Positions 11,747 through 21,859 of a DNA stretch of 64,000 nt are shown one piece after another. Positions within the stretch are counted from its first letter, which is position 1. The number at the start of each line of letters is the position of its first letter. Source of the DNA: Dipteris shenzhenensis (lineage: Eukaryota); assembly GCA_047967505.1 (NCBI GenBank), contig CM106538.1. One strand, 5' to 3'. The translations under genes were made by a program, and so were the position numbers. Under the pieces are notes generated by a model that had not been told where the DNA came from, searched no databases, and was given only the letters and a program-made list of their open reading frames with translations.

Positions 11747-14374
11747 CTATTTCTCCCAGGGCCTGTTCATCGGAACTCTCTTTTTGATCTTGATTGGAGT
11801 CTTTTTCTTCTTTATTGGCTTGATGTTGACTGTCTCTTTATCCTTTTCTTCAGCTCTCTCCACCTGTTCCTCTTCTTGGATTGTGTGGCCTGATGCAATC
11901 ATGGGTGGCTCTCGAAACCTTACAAGCTGGTGTTTTCCATAGCCCTCCAGATATTTGGGGTCCTTAACACCACATGCTAATGCATAAGAAGTGTAAGACA
12001 AAAAGTAAGCGGCCCTAGAGGCCTGCTTATTCACATAATCTCCAAATATATCTATGGCAGACAACCTCTCTATCAAAATGATCTTTTCCTTTTGCCATGA
12101 AAGAGCATGTCCACCTAAAGCCCTGGACAAACATTTTAGGAAGTAAACAATGGCTTCTCCATTGGTGCTCAACTGCCTATGGTAAATCAAGATCTTGGCA
12201 CTGCCTAGATCATGAATATAATGAGCTAGGCCTGACATTTTTCCAAACCCAACCTGCCTGCTTCCACTTGATCTCTGGAGGAATGTGTCATCCTCAATTT
12301 GTAGCTGCAACATATCAAAGGATTGGAGTGAGACAATACACAACCTACAAAACTAAAGTTAAGCAGAAGTCAAAGTATATGATTTGAAGTACCTTCTCAT
12401 TTTCATCAGCAACAAGCAGTTCATCTTTCCAAAGATTTATCCCTCTCCCTTCTTGTACAGCCTCTTCTCTAGTCTTTTCTGTGTATAGAGCTGGGAGATT
12501 CATAGCTTCCTGTGTGAGCTGGAAGGCAGCTTCATCTGGCTCTTGGAACTTTTCAGCCTCTTTGAAACAAAATGAAAGGGCCTCTACAGGATCAAACATT
12601 GTTTCCAAAGCCAGAAGTGATTGGTCATCCTCTATGCCAACCTCCTTGTCAAGCCTTGAAGCCTGGGCAATAAGGGAAATGGCATAGTCCTCCCTCAAAT
12701 CAAACATATACTCTATATCATGGAGGAAAACATAATCCTTTCCACCAATCAACACACCTGGAAGCATGGGCACTGCATAGTTGCTGCTTTGAACATCAAA
12801 ATCTTCAACTGGCTCTGCTCCCCTCAGAGTTTTATTCCTCAGTTGAACAAGGTCAAGAGCAGCCACTTGCAGCCCCTCATCCTGAAGGTTGATATCTTCT
12901 TCTTGCTCTGCCATTTCAGAGCCCAAAGAAACATCCTCCTTTTCAGAAGCTTCAGATGTGTCTTCTTCTTCTGTTTCCTGCCCTTGTTCATCCAAAGACT
13001 CCTGACTGAAGACAATGTACATGAGAAATGCCATGCTCTCCTCCAGCACTCTGCACTTTCTGGTGTGCAAAGTACAGTTGAATTTATAGTGATCAGGCAG
13101 GCTGTCAAATCTTCTGCTCACATGGTACCTCAGCCTGTCATTGGAGACAATATGATTAATGTGCACAAAAACCTTTTCACCTCCCACAATTCTTCCTGCC
13201 TCTGTCAGTTCTTTGAAGGCATCCCAATAGTCTGAAAGAAAATCTTTGTGTTGCTCCAGTACAGAGCTCATTGAGAACTCCATGTTGAAAATACTGTGGT
13301 ATAAATGGAAGTTACTCTGAGCCTTGCATTTGTGAAGAAACTCAAATAGGAGCAAATCTGGAGAACTGTCCTCTTCTGGTTCCATTTGTTTTTTGCTGGA
13401 AGAATCAGCACTCTGCTCCAGCCTCTTCTTTTTGCCTGTTCAAAAACTTATATACTATGAATTCTATATGCTGACATAAGCAATCAGTGAGTGCATTGTA
13501 TATCACCAGATAATTCCTTCATGACATCTCATTACTCACCTGGTGATTGCTGAGGTTTTATTATAGCAGCAGAAAAGTCCAGCTTCCTCTTGAAAGGTGG
13601 GGCCTGGGAGCCAGCTGTTCCAAAACAAAAACATTTCTCATCATCAAGGAAGATCTCCACAGGGCTAAAGGTAGCAAATTAATGAGGTAGAAGTGAGAAA
13701 CAAATAATACACAGGAATTTGCAGCAAAATGCGATATGGGCTGTTTAGAGAATTGTAAACCACCCTCCTCGCATTTTGTTGCAAATTCTCAAATTCTGGT
13801 CATGTGCATGTCAAATCAAGAACTTGGTTCATCTCAGTGATTCCTGGACACTATGATCTCATATACAAGAGAAATAATGGAATGAGTGATACTATTCATG
13901 AGGAACGTGTCAACAACAGGAATTTGCAGCAAAATGCGATATGGGCTGTTTAGAGAACTATAAACCACTCTCCTCGCATTTTGTTGCAAATTCTCAAGTT
14001 CTGTTCATGTGCATGTCAAATCAAGCACTTGGATCATTTCAGTGATTCCTGGACACTATGCTCTCATATGCAAGAGAAAAAATGGAATGAATGAAAATTT
14101 TCATGAGCAAGGAGTCCACAAGAGGAATTTGCAGCAAAATGCGAGATGGGCTGTTTAGAGAATTCCAAACCACTCTCCTCGCATTTTGTTGCAAATTTCT
14201 TGGTTCTGTTCATATCAACCTACAATCTAATTTCTGGGTGATTTACCACATTGTGGAAGAAGGATGGAGCTGAGTGAAGACATTGGGACATAAAAAATCC
14301 AATGGCTGGAAGAAATAAATGTTGAAAAACATTGAAACCAAACTAGAACTCTAACCTTTTTTTTCCTTTTCCAT
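11747..14374 (-). CDS. Unknown protein, ~564 aa (exons 14374-14356, 13614-13540, 13435-12393, 12304-11747)
   Basis: Two long ORFs are joined in frame by an 88-nt GT-AG intron, with phase-compatible small upstream exons. Acidic linker and basic NLS-like ends. The first exon is less certain. Confidence 0.75.
13712..14215. repeat. Three ~205-bp tandem units, each with a 20-bp-stem inverted repeat
   Basis: gaatttgcagcaaaatgcga...tcgcattttgttgcaaatt at ~13715, ~13920 and ~14125. Confidence 0.9.
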
Positions 14375-14619
14375 GCTGAATGAGTTGCTTTGGTGAATCT
14401 CCTGCTCTTTCTCTATCTTGAACCTTGCACTCTAGGTAATCTGGAGATCTGAGGCAGGTTGCAGTCTGGATGGAGTGTGCTGGGTAGGAGAGAATCAGAG
14501 AGAAAGGATCAGGAGAGAGTCGTGGCAGGGATGAGAGATTGGAATCCAGGGGAGGGAAAAGTGGTTGTGGTATTCATGATGAAATAATGAATGGCACAAG
14601 TTCCAAGGAATAAAGTGTA

Positions 14620-14705
14620 CTTTCACACGTGCCAGATTTCAAACTCCAAGAGATCTGGGTCCCATCCACACGTGTGAAAAACGACTAGATTCCACACGTG
14701 TGGGA
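14620..14705. promoter_or_regulatory. Putative bidirectional promoter with three G-boxes
   Basis: CACGTG at 14626, 14669 and 14695 (all as cacacgtg), between two divergently oriented genes. Confidence 0.55.
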
Positions 14706-14897
14706 TTTAGTGATTCTTTAATTCTATTTGCACTTCTTTGTGGTATCCTGTTTTAGAACTCTTGTCCTCCAATCTCTGCTCTCTTGCCTCTGCAGCATCA
14801 GCATCTTGTCCAGCAGCACAGAATCATCCTCAGCACAGATTACTCCTCAGCAGCACAGCACATCCACAGATAGACTCCAGGTCAGGAACAATGGGTT

Positions 14898-15840
14898 CTC
14901 CCCTTAGTCTCTGCAATCTTTTTGCTTAAAATAATCAAAATACATACTGTATGGAAATGCATAGACTCAAACCAAGACAAAGAAATCACTGTGGGAAAGC
15001 AGATCTTCAAGTGTGGTATTTGCATGTGATCTTCTTGCATAACCTCCATTCATACTGTATTTGGTTGGAGAAACATAGAAATCACTGCAGGAGTGCACCA
15101 GCATGTCATTTAGAAAATTTGCAGCAAAATGTGATGTGGACCTGTTTGAAATTCCAAACTGCTCATATCGCATTTTATTGCAAATTTCTCTATTTGGCTT
15201 CTTCCACCATGTGATTGCCTTCTTTGTGAGAACATGTTCTGGTTTTTTGACTTCCATAGCTGTAGTCTGCTTGCATAAACTCCATTCATATTGTATTTGG
15301 CTGGAGAGACAAAGAAATCACTGTAGAAGTTCACCAGCATGTCATTTCAGAAATTTGCTGCAAAATGCGATGTGGACCTGTTTGAAATTCCAAACTGCTC
15401 ATATCGCATTTTATTGCAAATTTGTCTATTTGGCTTCTTCCACCTCTGTGATTGCCTTTTCTTCATGAGAACATGTCTGGTTTTGTGACTCTCCTTAGTC
15501 TCTGCAATCTTCTTGCCTAAAATAGAAAAATTACATCCTGTATGGAAATGCATAGGCTCAAACCAAGACAGAGAAATCACTGGAGGAATGCAAATTTTCA
15601 AGTGTGATATTTGCATGTGATCTTCTTGGATGACCTCCATTCATACTGTATTTGGTTGGAGAAACATAGAAATCACTGTAGGAGTGCACCAACATTTCAT
15701 TTAAAAAATTTGCAGCAAAATGCGATGTGGACCTGTTTGAAATTCCAAACTGCTCATATCGCATTTTATTGCAAATTTCTCTATTTGGCTTCTACCACCC
15801 CTGTGATTGCCTTTTCTTTGTTAGAACATGTTCTTCATGT
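14898..15840. repeat. Nested tandem repeats in the probable 5'UTR intron of the H3-Ulp1 gene, with three more copies of the hairpin motif
   Basis: aatttgc(a/t)gcaaaatg(c/t)ga...tcgcattttattgcaaattt at ~15116, ~15351 and ~15707. The larger unit repeats from 14898 and 15490. Confidence 0.9.
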
Positions 15841-15883
15841 CTTTGATCTCTTTCCAATCCTTTGTATGCAGTTTTTCAGAGTG

Positions 15884-17957
15884 ATGGCAAGGACCAAATC
15901 AACTGCAAGGCAAGTTGGCAAAGGACCAGGTCTTGCAGCAACAGCAGCTGGGACAGGTTCCAAGAAGTTTAGTGTGCCTCCAAAGGGAAGAGCTTCACAT
16001 GGCAGGAAGGGTAAGCCAATGCGCTTGCTCAAGCAAAAGGCCAAAAGATTGAATAAGGGTGCAGGTGTGCTTAGGGAAATAAGGAGGCAACAGAAAGCCA
16101 TAGGTTTTGCAATACCCAAAGCACCCTTTCAAAGACTGGTGAGAGAAATTTGTGACAGTTGGAACCTTGGGTTCAGGTGGAATAGAACTGCCATTCTTTC
16201 CTTGCAGGAAATGGCAGAGGATTACCTGGAGAAATATTTTGAGGATGCAATGCTTGTAGCAGCCCATGCTCACAGGGTGACTTTGATGGCCAAAGATTTC
16301 AACACTTTGTCCAGAGTGAGATGGAGATATGACAAGCTGGTTCATCCTGTGGAATGGCAGGACATCAAAATGAGAGATATATTGCTAATTCCACCCACAA
16401 GGAAGGTCAAGGTTGATGAGGTAAAGGTTGTTGAGGTAACACACTCAAAGAACACCAGAGGGAAGGCTGCTTATGAGGACTCACTGAAGCAGCAAGTAAA
16501 AGAAACAAAATCTGTGATAGATGTGGAAACTGGAAAGAAGGAGCTACACATACATAGAAGGTTGAAGGAGCTGGGCCCTGATGTTGTTGTACATATTGAG
16601 GATGAAGTTTCAGTGAATGATTTTGATTTGACAAAACAATGCTTAGCAGCATTGGCTAACAAGAATGAGTATTGCTCAGATACTCTCATTCTTGCAATGC
16701 TCTAGTAAGTGTCTTTAAATTTTACATTTTTTGCAAATCAATCCTCCTTGTAACTCTTTTATAACCTACCCTAATTATGTTCTGATCCTATGCAGCATGA
16801 TGAGAAGCTGGCTTCATCCCTCTGTACAACATACAGTCCATATTGTTGATCCAGCCATTTCTTCTAGATTAAGAGATGCAAAAGAGACTCCCATGAGTAT
16901 TTCCAGCTGGTTCAAACACTGCAATTTTGAAGTAATTGACATTTTGCTACTTCCATATCATAGCAGGTATGTGGGTGACTACTTCTTTTAAGATTCTTCT
17001 TTAATATTGGGAACTCTTGTAGCCTTTCATTTGCTTATGCTTTTTTCCTTATGCAGTGACCACTGGAGTTTTGTGTCTATTGACATCCAGCAGAAGCAGT
17101 GCTTTCTATTCAACTCTCTAAAAAACACACACAGAGAGCTGAAATTGTAAGTACTGTGTGTGCTTTTTGAACTCAAAACTTTATTATTTTGATACCATAC
17201 TAACTAAATTATACATATTGCAGTTGTATTAGAAGGCTATTAGATGCATTGGATCATTGTCCTCCAAATGTCTCTCTGTTGGATTCAATAGAGCCATTAA
17301 GTCTAGAGGTAAAAAGTCTATTAAATGCTATGTCTTTGAACTTATTGAATAATTTTGTTTTGTGCTGATGCTCACAATTTCTAACATTTTTTTCTAACTG
17401 TCCAGACACCACAACAAAATGATTCAAGTAGTTGTGGATGGAGGTTGCTGATCAATGCAAAATATATACTTTCAAGCTACTTTGAAAAGGAACAGCCAGA
17501 TATGGTAAGGAAAAATACTTTTCATTTAGCTTGAATATAATTCATAATGATACAAAGTGTTCTAAATTATCCTCTGCCATTGCAGATGAAAGAGGATAGC
17601 TTCAGCCCCAACTATGTACATAATTTTAGAGCTCATACAATTTTGAGGTTTTTGAGCTATGCCTCCCCCAGACCTATTGTAGCAGCTACTGTGGAGCTGG
17701 GTGAAAGCTCTAAAGTACATGAAGGTGTCATACACCTTGATCCCACATATGAAGCACCTGATGTTGAGGACCAGAAGCCACAGGAGCAATCACAGAGTGC
17801 TGAGGAGGAGCAGACACAGGAGCAAAGACCTGCTGCTGATGTTGAGGAGAAGGTGGAGAAGCAGCAAAGAGAGGCTTCTGGGGCAGTGGAGGAGACAGGA
17901 TGGAGCACGGACAGGATGGAGCAGCAGAGAGAAGATCCTCCAGAAAATGTAGAGTAG
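15884..17957 (+). CDS. Histone H3-like / Ulp1 (peptidase C48) fusion protein, 6 exons (15884-16704, 16796-16966, 17057-17146, 17224-17308, 17406-17504, 17586-17957), 545 aa
   Basis: MARTKSTAR start and histone fold LREIRRQQK...PFQRLVREI...LQEMAEDYL...FED...AHAHRVTLMAKD. Spliced exons give LLLPYHSSDHWSFVSID...FNSL...TPQQNDSSSCG. All introns are GT-AG and in frame (1638 nt). Confidence 0.88.
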
Positions 17958-18068
17958 CCTCTGGATGAAACTGTACATAAATAGAAAATGGATGTTAGAA
18001 ATATGTTCTACAGATTCAGCTAAACAATTCTGTACAAAATCTTACTTGATTGAATACAAAACCTTTCT

Positions 18069-19508
18069 TTATGGAGTATGTGTGATCTCAATTTTCAAAT
18101 TTTCTATGTCTTTGCATTTAACTGAGCTCTCTCTTCTTCTGAGTAACTGCAAAAAAGCAATATGAATTAGAGTGGTAAATAAAACTAATAGCAATGCTTA
18201 TAGAGACTAGGATAAATCAGATGGTGTACCTTTCTGTTCTTGTAGATAAATAAAAAGTCGTTTGAGATAGAACCTTCAGTCTCAAACAGAATGTCACTGC
18301 GTAATTGAGCTAGGGAGCAACATTCTCTTAACGAGATACTGGCTACCACATCACCATTCTCAATAACATCAATATCAATAAGTTTATTTTGTGCACCAAA
18401 CGACTCTTCATCTTGGTCCATTGGGACAAGCTTTGAACCTAGCATTCGACTGCGCTTGTAATAAAAAGAGAAAATAAAATTTTGTGATGCAACCATGTAC
18501 TTCAGTTGCATAGAAGGTTGGACCACCTCACAAAACACTGAACTACATGTCTTCTTATCCCAACCTTTATCCAAAAATTGTGGCATGCATGCCGAATTTG
18601 TTGCTTTAACTGTGAGCATTGTTTTTGAAACCTTTACTGGAAAGGTATTAAACAAGTCTACAAAAACTGTGAGAGGCATGCACAAAGAAATTTTTACTAT
18701 CCTAGTGGCAATATTGGGCCTCAGAGCTTTCTGTACTTCTGTAAAAAGCTTCGCCCTATATGCCTCTGTAACACTAGAATGTGGGTGAGGCCAATCCACC
18801 GAATTCCACGCCGGAAGGTCTTGTTTTATTAATACACCATGTGTGTTAGCTTTGTCCAGCAACTGATAAAAATGATCAGTAAAAAATATACCCGATTGAG
18901 CTAGCTCTGTTGCACATCGACCTTGGTATTGTTGTTCTCCTATCGATCCATGCAGAACATCTATAAATCCCAGAATACAATCGATGTTTTGCCATGTCTC
19001 ATACGATGAAGGATATAAATCTGAAATAAAACAACACAAGAATGTCAATAAGTTAAGAGAGAAAGCTTCATCTTAAAAATCCATACACCTCATGAAGGAA
19101 AAAACCAGAATAGAAAAATATACAATTAGGCCTGTGTTGCGGAAGATTTTTTGGATAGTCTCGCAAGACAAGTTCTTTATGCATATACACGTGCTGAATC
19201 AAAACTTCTTTCACGGATATCTTCCCTTTGGTGATTTTAAAATCTCGTACTCTTCCCTTCCACGATGCCAAGAAAATGTTTTTTGTCTGGGGTCTTTTTC
19301 TTTTGCTAGGTTGCATGAGCACCCATGCTCCTTTCGAAACACTAAACCTTTCCCAAGTTCCTTCTGTTTTGACTGTACTTGAATTCTCTACCGACGAAAT
19401 AGAAGAAGCAGGTCGACGGGGTAAGGATGTTTGGTATAATTCTGCCTTCGTAGCATTATCATCCACAGAGCGTCTTGCACAAGAACGGCCGTGGTTTTGG
19501 TTCACCAT
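18069..19508 (-). CDS. BAH-like domain plus C-terminal ubiquitin-like domain protein, 3 coding exons (19508-19124, 19020-18230, 18146-18069), 417 aa
   Basis: In-frame GT-AG splicing (1254 nt). GAWVLMQP...WKGRV...VLIQHVYMHKEL...NYLYPSSYETWQNIDCILGFIDV...FFTDHFY follows the BAH pattern. SLAQLRSDI...FLFIYKNRKL...RE resembles a beta-grasp fold. The gene is better supported than the domain calls. Confidence 0.7.
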
Positions 19509-19967
19509 GGAGATTTTCTGAATCTGTAACAATAGCAAAGTAATGTAACTAAGATAACAATTTGAAGTTTCAAGAAAGAGAAAGTGGGCAAACAGACAGT
19601 AGACGAGAAACATCTTACTCTACGCCAAACAGGATCAAGGGAGCAGTTTTGGAAAAGGAAGGCAGTTGCACAATGAGGCAATGGTGTAGAATGGTAGACC
19701 TTTCGCACGAAAGGCGGCACAATATTTGAAAATTCAAAGGAAGGTGGAAGCGGGAAGGATCTTGTCAGATAAAATGTCAGTTTAGATTCTATCTTCTTGT
19801 CCAAAGATCTTCTACGAATAAAAAACCAATCTCCTCATTAATGTAGCACGCTTGTACTTACATAAAGTATTGTTTCTTTTTTCTATTTTCTCTTATTTTC
19901 GTGAATTTTCAACGTTACGTTGGCCTTCTATTGATTGGTTGAGAGCTTATTTTTCCAAATCGTAAAA

Positions 19968-19999
19968 GGCCCCAAAATGAGCTCCCTTTTTTCCTAATG
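19968..19999 (-). repeat. Right terminal inverted repeat
   Basis: ggccccaaaatgagctcccttttttcctaatg, the reverse complement of the left TIR with 2 mismatches. Confidence 0.92.
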
Positions 20000-20998
20000 T
20001 ACGGTATGTGAGAGGCTCAAAAGAATGTATGATTGGAAGAGCTTCATTCTACCTTTCATACAAACAGGTGGTGATGCATTGACAGGTCATACCAATCCAC
20101 ACTACTTTCATTTTTTTTAAAAAGATGAAAGACTCGTAATGCAATGGAAATAGTATTCTCATGATACAAAATGGGAACTAAAGAACCTTACAATCTCTTA
20201 ACTTCAATTCCCAACAAGGAAAGGTATCCAACATGGGCTCCTATAAAAGAATTCAATGAGAGGTCTAATTGTGAAATAGAAGGACTAAAAGCATTTATTA
20301 CATACAAAGAGGAAATGCTCCAGAGATATCCTGATTCGAAGCCTACTTGGAGAGAACACACTACCACTGTAATTAACAAGACACGAAAATTAATAAAGGA
20401 CCTTGAGAGAATGTGAGGCTCAAAGGATGTCAAGGAAGAATGCAATATATTTTGGCCAAATGTTCATAACGATTTGCGCCCAGCTCTAATTAATCTTTGA
20501 AAATGAATTTGTATCATTACTCCCACATCCATATTATGGACCGAAGAAGAGGGAGTTTATGCCACAAGTAGATGTAGAGGTTGATTGTTTGATTGTGGTT
20601 CAGCCATCAGATGATGAATATGAGAATGTGAAGTTTTGGGTTGCAAAAGTAGTTGATGTGCAAAGAGATGATTAAGGAGAGCTACAACATTTACAGTGGT
20701 ATGGTATGAGCCAAAGGGCAGGAAGGAGAATATGGATAACAACACATTGTATACTAATTGTGTAATGAAGGAGTGAGTCCCAAATGATGAAGCAGTCTCA
20801 CAAGTTTTGATGGAGACAATCATAGTGTCTTGGCATTCAAGGGCAAAGAAATCAAAGAAATGCATGGGATATGAGGCAGAAGGAAAAATAAAAATACCAC
20901 AGCAAAGTATTTTAAGGATGCTCGCCTTGGAGGAAGTAGAAGGAGACAACGCAAATGAAGAATGTCCATGTTTAAAGCTTTGTATTGAAGTCCATTGA
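20000..20998 (+). pseudogene. Decayed DUF7869/Sola-like transposase gene, 3' part
   Basis: Directly after the right TIR it reads TVCERLKRMYDWKSFILPF...GHTNPHYFHF and later FWVAKVVDV...WYEPK. This is the expected continuation after the GHTHEDI motif. Confidence 0.75.
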
Positions 20999-21859
20999 AG
21001 GCTTTTATTTGGGTACTAGGCAAGAAGCCAATTGACAATTATAATCATATATTATTAGACTAGTAGGTGCAACTGTACTGAGTCATCACCTCCTATGTCA
21101 AATGAGAGTCAAAATATGCATTGGATGTCACCCAAGGGGCTAAGCTTGGCAAGAAAATAGGGAGTTAATGCAAAAGGCACCTGGCAAGCGACTGTCACAT
21201 TGAGCAATAAGACAACGGGGAGTCAATGCAGATGGCACGGATTCATCAGGCTCTTTAAGAGCAACAATTTTGTAAACCTTGTTCAATCTATATCATTTTA
21301 TACAAAGACTCTAGCTGAGAGCAACATCTCTCATTGTAATCATATAATGATAGCTATAATTGCTATTATAATTCTTTGGTTCAATACGAAACTTGGGTCT
21401 TATGGCATCATGTCTTTTTTCTATTTATTAAAAGTTTTAAATTTGTGCATATTGCGAGTGACAATGCTATTTACATGATATATTTAAGTCCCCTTTCATG
21501 GATTTATAAATTTATCATGTTAAGTAAAATATTAAAAACAATTAAATTAACAAATAACATAGGAATAGCTAGAATTTCTAAAATAGGATTATTTCAAATT
21601 CTTGCATGTTAGTGTAAAAGTATAGATTGAAAAAACAAGATTTTTATGTGAATATGATAGTGCCACAAAGTGAACTTTTGATTTGGGAAGAATATTTTCA
21701 GAAAGTAAAATTTTGATTTGGGAAGGATATTTTCACAAAGTAAACTTTTCATTTGGGAAGGATTTTTGGGCTTCATCCAAAAACAACAGAAAAAGTCCAA
21801 AATTAATGAAATAGGTGTTTATAGCAATCTATTGGGTTAGTGCTATGCACATACGATTG

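Larger units (their letters stand above)
8287..19999 (+). mobile_element. 11.7-kb four-gene DNA transposon with RAG1/Transib-like transposase
   Basis: 32-bp TIRs (30/32 identical). It interrupts a transposase pseudogene that resumes at 20000 and encloses four intact spliced genes. Confidence 0.9.

Noticed and set aside
15611-15883. N-terminal extension of the 364-aa ORF before MARTK
   Set aside because: It is translated tandem repeat in a probable 5'UTR intron (acceptor at ~15871-15879). The histone-type start is the ATG at 15884.
15884-16705. Host CENH3 or canonical H3 gene
   Set aside because: It lies within TIRs, splices to a protease domain, and has the Q68-equivalent and normal loop-1 length, unlike typical CENH3.
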